In this document: positions 8,751 to 17,511 of the stretch, one piece after another
How the letters are laid out: every line of letters begins with the position of its first letter
Position numbering within the stretch: the stretch's first letter is position 1
Origin: Victivallales bacterium
GTDB lineage: Bacteria; Verrucomicrobiota; Lentisphaeria; Victivallales; UBA1829
Direction: 5' to 3'
Length of the DNA: 59,899 bases
Assembly (NCBI GenBank): GCA_045594005.1
Contig: JAZNXT010000115.1
Span: 1 to 59,899 of the forward strand
The notes under the pieces: model-generated
Database searches by the model: none
Told to the model about the DNA's origin: nothing
What the model saw: only the letters and a program-made list of their open reading frames with translations
Translations under genes and position numbers: made by a program

Positions 8751-10976
8751 ATGGCAGGATCCTATCATCACTTCAAAGGACAGAAAAATTGGAAACGGCA
8801 GGGGGATTTCAAAACGCCCCCGCCGGATACCAATACCATCTGCGGTGAAGTGACCCGTGTGGTCTATTCTGCCGGAGAGGATTCCTACACCGTACTGCGT
8901 GTTCAGGATTTCAAACTCAAACGCGAATTCGTGGCTGTCGGTTCCATGCCCGGTGTGGCGGAAGGACAGAATGTGGAGTTGACCGGGAAATGGGAAACTC
9001 ATCCCGACCACGGACTCCAGCTGCGTGTGAGTGAATGGAATATGACGCTCCCCGCCACAGAGGAGGGGATCAGCCGTTATCTCTGTTCCGGGATCCTGCC
9101 CGGTATCGGACCGAAAACTGCAGAAAAGATCGTGCGTCATTTCGGTATAAATACTCTTTCCGTGCTGGATAATGAGCCGCGCAGATTGATGGAAATTCAG
9201 GGGTTTACCCGGAAGAAAGTGGAATCCATCCGCGCGGCATGGCACGATAATTCTGAATTGAGGGATCTGCGTATCGCATTGGAAGGATTGGGTATTTCTC
9301 CCGCGTATTTTGCAAGGATCTACAAGGTTTACGGAGAAAATGCGGCATCGGAGATCCGGAAAAATCCCTATCGCCTCGCGTCAGAAGTCCGGGGGATCGG
9401 TTTTCTCCTTGCCGACAGGATCGCGATGAAAGCAGGCGTGGCGAAAGATGATATCAAACGCCTGGTCGCCGGTGTGTCTTACACATTGGAACAGACCCGT
9501 CTTTCCGGGCATGTTTGTATGCCCCGGCAGGAACTGCTGCCGAAGATTGCGGAAACACTGGAAGTGGAGCCGGAAGATGCTCACCGGGCATTGATGGCGG
9601 CACAACAAGCCGACCGGGCTGTGACAGATATTGCACCGGACGGTACGGAAATGATCTATACTCCCTCCTTCCTCCGCTGTGAAAATGAATTGCCGCACCT
9701 GATCAAAAAACTGTTGCGGCATCCGTCCCCGGACGGAACGCGTATTGCTTCTGTTCCGCTGAAAGCGGCAACCATGTTCAGCGAAGAACAGCTTCTTGCC
9801 GTTCATAAAGTGGCACATTCCGCAGTCAGTATCATCACCGGCGGACCCGGTGTGGGGAAGACGACTGTGGTTTCCGAGATCGTGCGCCGTGCCAAAGCAA
9901 AAGGGCTTTCTGTGGTTCTTGCCGCGCCCACCGGACGCGCCGCGAAGCGGATGAGCGAAGCTACGGGCGCGACAGCTTCCACTGTTCACCGTCTTTTGAA
10001 ATGGGATCCGGTGCAGAGTTCTTTTTCCAAGGGGCAGGACGATCCGGTGGAAGCAAGTCTTTTTGTGATCGATGAAGCCTCCATGCTGGATCTGCCGCTG
10101 GCTGTGGCATTGTTCCGCGCGATTCCCTTCGGAGCCACCGTGGTGATCGTGGGGGATCCCGATCAGCTGCCCTCTGTGGGGCCGGGAAATGTGTTGAACG
10201 ACCTGATCGATTCCGGCATTTGTCCGGTGACGCGTCTGACAAAGATCTACCGGCAGGGTGCCGGATCCGGGATCATTCTTGCCGCGCACGCCGTAAATGG
10301 CGGTATCCTGCCGAAAATGCAGCAGACCGATGCTGCCGGATTGACCGATTTTTACTGGATCGAAAAAGATGAAGCTGCCGAAGCTGCCGATATCATCAAA
10401 CGCATGATCGTGGAGCGGATCCCAGCCCGGTTCGGATTCGATCCGGTGAAAGATGTGCAGCTGCTTTGTCCCATGAACCGCGGTGAAGACGGAACCATTG
10501 AGATGAACCGGACTCTTCAAGCATTGCTGAATGTCGGAGAAAAACCGGCGTTCAAGATCGGTGAACGGGAATTCAAGCTGGACGATAAAGTGATGCAGAT
10601 CGCCAACAATTACGATAAAAATGTGTTCAACGGCGATACCGGATACATTGTATCCATCGACACAGAGGAGCGTCTTTTCAAAGTGGATTATGACGGCATG
10701 GAAGTGGAATATTCCTTTGATGATACCGACCAGCTGACCCTTGCTTATGCCGTGACCGTCCACAAGGCACAGGGCAGTGAGTTCCCCGTGGTGCTGATGC
10801 CGCTGTTGTCCCGGCATTACATGATGCTTCAGCGGAATCTGCTTTATACCGGCATGACCCGCGCAAAAAAACTGATGATCCTGGTCGGCTCCAAACGCGC
10901 CGTTTCCATGGCGGTCCGCAATTTTGTACGGGAGCCGCGCCATTCTCTTTTATTACCCAAACTTCAAGCTCGATGA
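8751..10976 (+). CDS. recD2: ATP-dependent RecD2-like SF1B helicase
   Basis: HhH (GIGPKTA, NPYRL), GGPGVGKT, APTGRAAKR, IDEASM, GDPDQLPSVG, YAVTVHKAQGSEF. Confidence 0.95.
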   Translation: MAGSYHHFKGQKNWKRQGDFKTPPPDTNTICGEVTRVVYSAGEDSYTVLRVQDFKLKREFVAVGSMPGVAEGQNVELTGKWETHPDHGLQLRVSEWNMTLPATEEGISRYLCSGILPGIGPKTAEKIVRHFGINTLSVLDNEPRRLMEIQGFTRKKVESIRAAWHDNSELRDLRIALEGLGISPAYFARIYKVYGENAASEIRKNPYRLASEVRGIGFLLADRIAMKAGVAKDDIKRLVAGVSYTLEQTRLSGHVCMPRQELLPKIAETLEVEPEDAHRALMAAQQADRAVTDIAPDGTEMIYTPSFLRCENELPHLIKKLLRHPSPDGTRIASVPLKAATMFSEEQLLAVHKVAHSAVSIITGGPGVGKTTVVSEIVRRAKAKGLSVVLAAPTGRAAKRMSEATGATASTVHRLLKWDPVQSSFSKGQDDPVEASLFVIDEASMLDLPLAVALFRAIPFGATVVIVGDPDQLPSVGPGNVLNDLIDSGICPVTRLTKIYRQGAGSGIILAAHAVNGGILPKMQQTDAAGLTDFYWIEKDEAAEAADIIKRMIVERIPARFGFDPVKDVQLLCPMNRGEDGTIEMNRTLQALLNVGEKPAFKIGEREFKLDDKVMQIANNYDKNVFNGDTGYIVSIDTEERLFKVDYDGMEVEYSFDDTDQLTLAYAVTVHKAQGSEFPVVLMPLLSRHYMMLQRNLLYTGMTRAKKLMILVGSKRAVSMAVRNFVREPRHSLLLPKLQAR

Positions 10977-10991
10977 GAGGCAGAACAGACT

Positions 10992-11864
10992 ATGGAACCA
11001 TTTGAATATACTCCTGTGAATTACACTTTTCCGCTGGAAAAGATCCCGCCGAAAAGCACCATCGTTTCCATCGGTTCCTGTTTTTCCGAAGATGTGATCG
11101 GGCGTCTGTTCGGAAACGGTTTTTACGGATCGCGCAATCCCAACGGGATATTGTATCATCCCTTTGCGGTATGCGAAGCCTTGCAGCGGATCGACCTCGG
11201 TTACATGGGGAGCGATTTTTTTGAATTCAATTCCCTGTATCACAGCTGGATGCACCACGGATCCTTTTCCGCACCCGCATTGGATGATGCCCTGCAGAAA
11301 GCGGAAGATGCCCGCAAACATTTTCTCAAAGCGTTGAAAAAAGCGGATGCGTGTTTTATCACATTTTCTTCCGCCGTACAATATTTTCATAAAACGGAAA
11401 AACGGTTTGTTGCAAACTGCCACAAGGTGCCGGGTACAATGTTTGAACGGCAGCTTTCCTCCACGGAAATGTGTTCCGCCGCGATCCTTGCATCCTGCCG
11501 GAAAGTGCGGGAGATCAATCCCAAATGCCGCATTATCCTCACATTATCGCCGGTGCGTCATTATCCAGGGGAACTGATGCTGAACGCGCTTTCCAAGGCA
11601 CGATTGCTCAATGGTATTTCTCTTGCCGTGGAAAAAATTGAAAATTGCGCTTATTTCCCTGCATTTGAGATCCAGATGGACGAATTGCGGGACTACCGCT
11701 ATTATGCGGATGATATGCTGCATCCCAACGCGGCTGCGCAGGAGATCATATTGCACCGGCTGCTGGATTCCTGTTTCACACCGGAGGCAAAGGAAGTCTT
11801 CCTCGCCGCAGAAAAACGCCGCCGCGCCTCGGCACACATTCCTCTGCACGGAGAGAAAAAATGA
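10992..11864 (+). CDS. GSCFA domain protein (SGNH-like)
   Basis: IGSCFS, VANCHK, LTLSPVRH, YFPAFEI, DELRDYRYY, DMLHP. Confidence 0.9.
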   Translation: MEPFEYTPVNYTFPLEKIPPKSTIVSIGSCFSEDVIGRLFGNGFYGSRNPNGILYHPFAVCEALQRIDLGYMGSDFFEFNSLYHSWMHHGSFSAPALDDALQKAEDARKHFLKALKKADACFITFSSAVQYFHKTEKRFVANCHKVPGTMFERQLSSTEMCSAAILASCRKVREINPKCRIILTLSPVRHYPGELMLNALSKARLLNGISLAVEKIENCAYFPAFEIQMDELRDYRYYADDMLHPNAAAQEIILHRLLDSCFTPEAKEVFLAAEKRRRASAHIPLHGEKK

Positions 11865-13567
11865 AACCTTTTGCCGGAACAGTCTGCCGGAAAAATGAGC
11901 CGGGATTTTCTTTCGTCTGCGGCAGCGTATTCACATCTGTCTGCGGCAGATTTCAAATGGTCTTTGACGGAACTGTTTTCAATGCTGCGGTACTCCGCAA
12001 TGAACTGAAGAACTCCGACGGCTGTGTTTTTGAAACGGAAGACGACGCCGAAATGCTCCTTGCTTTGTACCGGAAATACGGCAGAAATATGCTGGAAAAA
12101 CTCAATGGCAGTTTTACCCTTGCCGTCTTTGATACTCAGATGCAGGAATTATTCCTTGCCCGGGACCGGTTCGGGATCGAGCCTTTGTTTTATCATGTGA
12201 GCCGGGAATATTTTGCTTTTTCCAACACCTTGAGTGAATTGAAAAAACAGCCGTTTTTCGACCGGTCCGCATTGCGGCTGGAGGTGATCCCGGAATTTCT
12301 GGCTCTGCAATATATTCCCCGGGAAAAAACGATTTACGATCATACCTTCAAATTACTGCCGGGTCATTCGCTGACATTCCGTGTCCGGGAAAATGAGTTT
12401 GAACTCCACCGGTATTACAGTCTTTCTTTTGCACCGCAGAAAATTTCCTATGCCGATGCCTGCGTCCGCCTGCAGCAACTCCTTGCCGATGCCGTGATGC
12501 TCCGTGCAGAACATACACAGGATCTGTTTCTTTCCGGCGGATTGGATTCCGCACTGGTCGGTTCGCTGCTCGGTGACCGGATCGGGCGCATCACTTCGGT
12601 ATCTTTCCGGAATCCGGTGTACGATGAATCTGCCTTTGCCCGTGAAACTGCCGATTTTCTTTCCCATCGGGCAGGGCGGGGAATGGAACATCATTTTCTT
12701 CCGATGAATGATGCCGCAGGATCGGTGGATACTTTGAAACATCTTCTGACCATTGCGGGAGAACCTTTTGCCGATTCCTCGCTGATCCCTTTCAGCCGTC
12801 TGTGTGCTTTTGCACAGCATGATGCGCTTTGCGGAGACGGAGCCGATGAATTTTTCCTCGGTTATGAACGGCTGCGGGCAATGAAGCTGGCACGGAAAAT
12901 TGCGTTTCTCCCGTTCAAAGATCTGATCCGCAACATGTTTTGCGGAAACGGCAATGGCGAACGGAGCCATAAAGGAAGATTGGCGCGTTTGCTGAAGATC
13001 GCCACTCTGCCGGAACATGAACGCTATTTTGCCATCATTTCACACAATGCACCGGAAATGTTTAAAACACTGTTTGACGGCGAAATGAAGACGATCGCCG
13101 ACCGCATGAGCATCACTGCCGGCGATCCTGTCCGCTTCGATATTTCCACTTATCTGCCCGGCGATACACTCACCAAAGCGTATCTCGGTGCGGCTGTCGG
13201 CGGGATACGCACGATGTCACCTTTCCTTGATCACCGTGTGGCGGAGTTTGCCGTATCCCTGCCGCAGCAATACCGTCAGAACGGCGCGCAACGCAAAAAG
13301 ATCCTCGGCGATGCGTTTTGCGATCAACTGCCGCCCGGTCTGCCTCAACGGAAAAAAAGGGGATTCGGTGTACCGCTGGCGGATTGGCTGCGCGGAGCGT
13401 GGCATGATCCTGTTCAGGAATATGCGGTGCGCGGATTGCCTCCGGATCTGTTCCGACGGGATGTGATCGCCGATTTTGTGCGGGAACACAATTCCGGTGC
13501 GGCGGATCACTCCTATCTGATCTATTCTTTGTTGAATCTGGCTCTGTTTCTGGAAATAAATCATTGA
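11861..13567 (+). CDS. asparagine synthetase B-like amidotransferase with degenerate N-terminus
   Basis: LARDRFGIEPLFY, LSGGLDS, EPFADSS, GDGADE, PFLDH, KKRGF; lacks N-terminal Cys; ATGA overlap with upstream gene. Confidence 0.8.
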   Translation: MKPFAGTVCRKNEPGFSFVCGSVFTSVCGRFQMVFDGTVFNAAVLRNELKNSDGCVFETEDDAEMLLALYRKYGRNMLEKLNGSFTLAVFDTQMQELFLARDRFGIEPLFYHVSREYFAFSNTLSELKKQPFFDRSALRLEVIPEFLALQYIPREKTIYDHTFKLLPGHSLTFRVRENEFELHRYYSLSFAPQKISYADACVRLQQLLADAVMLRAEHTQDLFLSGGLDSALVGSLLGDRIGRITSVSFRNPVYDESAFARETADFLSHRAGRGMEHHFLPMNDAAGSVDTLKHLLTIAGEPFADSSLIPFSRLCAFAQHDALCGDGADEFFLGYERLRAMKLARKIAFLPFKDLIRNMFCGNGNGERSHKGRLARLLKIATLPEHERYFAIISHNAPEMFKTLFDGEMKTIADRMSITAGDPVRFDISTYLPGDTLTKAYLGAAVGGIRTMSPFLDHRVAEFAVSLPQQYRQNGAQRKKILGDAFCDQLPPGLPQRKKRGFGVPLADWLRGAWHDPVQEYAVRGLPPDLFRRDVIADFVREHNSGAADHSYLIYSLLNLALFLEINH

Positions 13568-13586
13568 AAATGAAAGGAAATTCAAA

Positions 13587-14219
13587 ATGAAAAAAGTTTT
13601 GCTCCTGGGTGATTCCATCCGTACCGGCTATGCTCCATTTGTCCGGGATCTGCTGGATGGAAAAGCGGAAGTCTTTATCCCGAATGCCAATGGTGCATTC
13701 CTTCAGAACACATTGCGTTTTCTGCAGGATTGGCAGGCGGATCTCGGTCTTACCGATGGAAATGTAGATATCATTCACTGGAACAACGGACTGTGGGATT
13801 GCGGTCATCTCGGCGTGGGAAAGACCTTTGAACTGACTTGTGAATCTGCTGTGGTCACCAATGCCGATACCCACAATGTTTACGAAGAAGAAAGTCTGAC
13901 CCCGCCTGATATTTATGCGTATTTTCTTGATCGCGTGTACCGCCGTATCAAAACACTGTTCCCCAAAGCAAAAGTCATTTTTGCATTGACAACCAATATC
14001 ATGGATGAAGAACTCCCCGGCGTCCTCATGCGTAAAAATTCCGAGATCCGCGAATATAACCGGATCGCCATGGATGTCCTTTCCAAATACGGTGTGGAGT
14101 TCAATGATTTGTATTCCTTTACCGAAAAACTCGGTGCCGAATACCGCCGGGACTGGGTCCATTTTAATGATGAGGGATCTTACCTCATCGCTCAAGAGGT
14201 TGCGCGGCATCTCGTGTGA
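13587..14219 (+). CDS. SGNH/GDSL hydrolase
   Basis: LLGDSI, WNNGLWD, DWVHF; AAAGGA RBS. Confidence 0.9.
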   Translation: MKKVLLLGDSIRTGYAPFVRDLLDGKAEVFIPNANGAFLQNTLRFLQDWQADLGLTDGNVDIIHWNNGLWDCGHLGVGKTFELTCESAVVTNADTHNVYEEESLTPPDIYAYFLDRVYRRIKTLFPKAKVIFALTTNIMDEELPGVLMRKNSEIREYNRIAMDVLSKYGVEFNDLYSFTEKLGAEYRRDWVHFNDEGSYLIAQEVARHLV

Positions 14220-14459
14220 AATTACGGACCTTTGCTTGCGGTTCTTTTCGGTCATGGACCATTAGTCCACTCCCTCAAAGCTTCCGCACAAAAATCCGAA
14301 CTTTCTACACGATATATCCGCGCAAGGCGGCAAGTGAGCGCAGCGAAACTGAGCCGCCCGAGAGTCGGGTGCTATGCACCCCCGCACAAAAATCCGAACT
14401 TTCTACACGATATATCCGCGCAAAGTTGCGCGGCATCTCGTGTGAAATTACGGACCTTT
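14199..14459. repeat. composite palindromic element A-x-B-y-B-A (ERIC/MITE-like)
   Basis: 35-bp A at 14199-14233 = 14425-14459; 42-bp B at 14284-14325 = 14382-14423; B is an imperfect reverse complement of A. Confidence 0.85.
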
Positions 14460-14467
14460 TGTTTGTA

Positions 14468-14534
14468 CGGACCTGTCGGACTTGTCGGACCTGTCGGACT
14501 TGCCGGACTTGTCGGACTTGCCGGACCTGTCGGA
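14468..14534 (+). repeat. 9-bp tandem repeat array (GYCGGACYT), about 7 units
   Basis: Same unit as 1-109; ends exactly at the stop codon of the convergent GntR gene. Confidence 0.95.
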
Positions 14535-15347
14535 TCAGATCTTTTTCACACCGATGATATTTCCGTCGTCATCTTTTTCGGCGCAATAGAAATGTTCGGG
14601 GGCGTAATCTGCCCAGGCATCATTGATCGCCGTCTGTTTTTCCGGATCGAATCCGAAAAGATAGATCGGTCTGTTTTCCGGGGGAGCGGTGATATATTCA
14701 TTCACGAACCAGCTGCAGAATACTTTGCCTTCGGGAATCAGTTCTTCGCGGACTGTTTTTTCGTGAGGTGTCCCCATGAAAATATAGGGGATCTTGATTT
14801 TTTTGAAGTGTTCCACTTCTTTTGCGGAGGGGGATCCGAAAACGATCAGACCATCCAGATTATGTTTATGGGAATACCATTGTTTCAGGTTGAGTCCGCC
14901 ATCGAAATTCATTCCGATGATCATGGTATAACCGTTTTCCTCAAGAGTGGTATAAAGCGGATACAGCACTCCGCAATAGGCAAAGGGATTCTGATTGAGC
15001 ATGAAAACGCCGATCCGGTAGAAACGGGCAGGCTGGATATCTGCAGAAACATAGACTCCGCGTTTCGGGAAAGACTCCACATAATTCAAAGCCTGAAGTC
15101 CCTGCAGAGCCGAGAGGATCACCTGGACGCTGACACCGTATTTTTTTGCAAGAAAACGCATGGACGGCAATTTTGAAGCCGGGCGGTATTCCCCGTCAAA
15201 AATCTTTTTTATGATATCATTTGCCACAAGCATGTATTGCGGTAAAAAATCTGTTTTGACATGCTTCTGTTCATTTGTAAAAAACATACCGCGCATTGAC
15301 GCGTTCCCCCCTTGCGTCTGTCTCATCCGTTTCGGAACTGGTTTCAT
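14535..15347 (-). CDS. GntR family regulator with partial sugar-binding domain
   Basis: wHTH KLPSMRFLAKKYGVS...KRGVYV followed by LacI-like RIGVFM...DGLIV; start uncertain. Confidence 0.8.
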   Translation of the reverse strand: MKPVPKRMRQTQGGNASMRGMFFTNEQKHVKTDFLPQYMLVANDIIKKIFDGEYRPASKLPSMRFLAKKYGVSVQVILSALQGLQALNYVESFPKRGVYVSADIQPARFYRIGVFMLNQNPFAYCGVLYPLYTTLEENGYTMIIGMNFDGGLNLKQWYSHKHNLDGLIVFGSPSAKEVEHFKKIKIPYIFMGTPHEKTVREELIPEGKVFCSWFVNEYITAPPENRPIYLFGFDPEKQTAINDAWADYAPEHFYCAEKDDDGNIIGVKKI

Positions 15348-15408
15348 TATCCTTCTGATCCTTTCATTTCAACCTTATTCTCACTCCATTTCAAAAAAAG
15401 GTTAATGT

Positions 15409-15436
15409 ACTTTAGATTGAATTTTTGAAAAGTCAA
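15409..15436 (-). promoter_or_regulatory. candidate promoter of GntR gene
   Basis: TTGACT-16nt-TAAAGT on minus strand. Confidence 0.45.
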
Positions 15437-15566
15437 ACGAAATTTAGGCAATATGCAAAAAAAAGAGAAAATTTTTGATCTCATGATTTGATTTTGATGC
15501 GTTCTGTACTATGGTATTAGGTATAGCGTCCCCAAAAAACACAAAAGTTATGAAAGGAATCTGATC

Positions 15567-17492
15567 ATGCGGTTCAACTGGAAACATGCTGCAGTCTTTT
15601 CCCTTTTGGCTTTGATGCCGGTGAATGGCTTTGCCCAAATGGAAAAGATCACGGAATCAGAAAAAGCAGAAGCAGCCAAACGGCTGCCCGCACTTTTTGA
15701 AAGTGCAAAAAATCCATATCTTAAATCATGGCTCGGAGCTGTCCGGCGGAGCAATGATGCAAAAGCGATCGTGAATGCTGTGCGCGTGACTGATGATCTG
15801 GCTCCCTCATTTCAGGGAAAGATCGTGCATTATGCCGTTCCTGCAATGGGGGATCTTCAGCGGTTGGGAGATGTTTATCCCATCGACGGAACACCGTTGG
15901 GAACGGTTCGCATCATCATGGCACAGGATGAATATGAACCCGGCTCTTTCGTGGTTTATCCGCTGGAAGATTTTGGAAAAGTCGAATTTAAATTGACGGA
16001 ATTTAAAACAGCAGACGGCAAGATCCTTCCGCCTGAAAAACTGGATATGAAGGTGATCAAAATCTGGTATCAGAATGGGAACGGCTGGTACAGCTATTTC
16101 GGCGATACCGGCTTGAAACTGACGCCCGAACTGCTTTTGAACGACGAAGATCTGATCAAGGTCGATACCAAAAACGAACAGAACTATGCCCGCGTCAGAT
16201 CCGATAAAGGCGGTTATGAGTACATTTGGATCTCTGCTCCGGTGGAAGTGGATAAACGCCTCGGCTATCCCTCCTATCGGGAATTTCAGCCGTTCCAGCC
16301 CATGCGCCCGAACTTCACCGATGCCAAAACATTGCAGCCGGTCACGCTCAATCGCGGTGAGTTCAAACAGCTTTTCCTGACCGTCCGTGCAGAAAAAACT
16401 CAAGCTCCCGGTCTTTACCGCGGTGCTGTGAATATGGTGAAGAATGGCGCGCAGATCGGCACGATCCCTGTGACCGTGAAGATCATGCCTTTTGTTCTGC
16501 CGAAACCGGCAGCTTACTATGACATCAATAAACCGTTCCTCGTTTCCTCTTACAGTTATATCAGTTTTGATCTGATCAAATGTGAAAACGGCGGCGATCT
16601 GGAACTGGCGAAAAAACAGCTGGAAGTCGTACTCGCCAATCAGGTCAGTCACAATCAGGATCTGCACATGGTGCGCGGTCGCGCGGGAGAATATGAACAC
16701 GATTATTGCATCGAAGTCATAAAAAAAGTGGGTATGCGTTCCGATTATCTCATGGGCGGCGGACCCACTTCCGGCGGATCTACTCTGGACCGTCAGCAGA
16801 ACGCGCGCGCATTGCGCAATTACTACCTTTCAAAAGTCGGACATACCAATGTGTTTTTCGGGTACGGCGATGAACCGCCCGCAAGCTGGTTCGTCCGGAA
16901 CCGTCCCATGTTCCGCGATTATCAGAAAGAAGGACTCAAGTTCTTTATTGCGGCGAAAGATCAGGCTTTCTATGCCGCCGGTTATTTCTATGACTTCTTC
17001 AATACGGCATATTTCCCTGAACAGCGGGAACCCACCCGTAAATGGAATGAAGTCGGTCACGCTTTCGTGGCATGGTATGCCGCCCAGCATATCGGTGCAG
17101 AAAATCCCTCCTACAACCGCAGACAGAACGGACTTGTGCCGTATCTTGCCAATTACAGTGCCTTGTGCAATTATGCGCACCATTTCGGCTCCTATAATGA
17201 CCGCCGGCTGACTTATAAGCCCATGGTGTTCGCTTACGGGTCCGGTGACGGTGTGATCGATACCATTCAGTGGGAAGGTTTCCGCGAAGGTCTGGACGAT
17301 ATCCGCTACGCCACGCTGATGAAGAAACTTGCTCTGGAAGCAAATAAACACAAAGATATTGATATTCAGTATCAGGGGCGTATCGCACTCCAGTATCTCG
17401 CTGAACTGGATGCCACCAGCTATGATCTGGGAGCTGCCCGTCTGGAAATGATCCGGATGATCCTGAATCTGAAAAAACTCTTGAACAAGTAA
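15567..17492 (+). CDS. secreted putative glycoside hydrolase (GH123/DUF4091-like)
   Basis: Signal peptide; AQDEYEP, YGDEP, and WEGFREGLDDIRY resembling the DUF4091 C-terminal motif. Confidence 0.6.
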   Translation: MRFNWKHAAVFSLLALMPVNGFAQMEKITESEKAEAAKRLPALFESAKNPYLKSWLGAVRRSNDAKAIVNAVRVTDDLAPSFQGKIVHYAVPAMGDLQRLGDVYPIDGTPLGTVRIIMAQDEYEPGSFVVYPLEDFGKVEFKLTEFKTADGKILPPEKLDMKVIKIWYQNGNGWYSYFGDTGLKLTPELLLNDEDLIKVDTKNEQNYARVRSDKGGYEYIWISAPVEVDKRLGYPSYREFQPFQPMRPNFTDAKTLQPVTLNRGEFKQLFLTVRAEKTQAPGLYRGAVNMVKNGAQIGTIPVTVKIMPFVLPKPAAYYDINKPFLVSSYSYISFDLIKCENGGDLELAKKQLEVVLANQVSHNQDLHMVRGRAGEYEHDYCIEVIKKVGMRSDYLMGGGPTSGGSTLDRQQNARALRNYYLSKVGHTNVFFGYGDEPPASWFVRNRPMFRDYQKEGLKFFIAAKDQAFYAAGYFYDFFNTAYFPEQREPTRKWNEVGHAFVAWYAAQHIGAENPSYNRRQNGLVPYLANYSALCNYAHHFGSYNDRRLTYKPMVFAYGSGDGVIDTIQWEGFREGLDDIRYATLMKKLALEANKHKDIDIQYQGRIALQYLAELDATSYDLGAARLEMIRMILNLKKLLNK

Positions 17493-17511
17493 TGGAGCAG
17501 GGAGAATTGTA

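Noticed and set aside
11861-13567. Lasso-peptide cyclase interpretation of the Cys-less AsnB
   Set aside because: No precursor peptide, RRE or B-peptidase gene nearby
14199-14459. Integron attC site or prophage attL/attR
   Set aside because: No RYYYAAC/GTTRRRY ends, no integrase, and the enclosed segment is under 200 bp and non-coding
14216-15176. ORFs with RTC/GLV repeats (14216-14557, 14232-15176)
   Set aside because: Translations of the non-coding repeat and the antisense strand of the GntR gene
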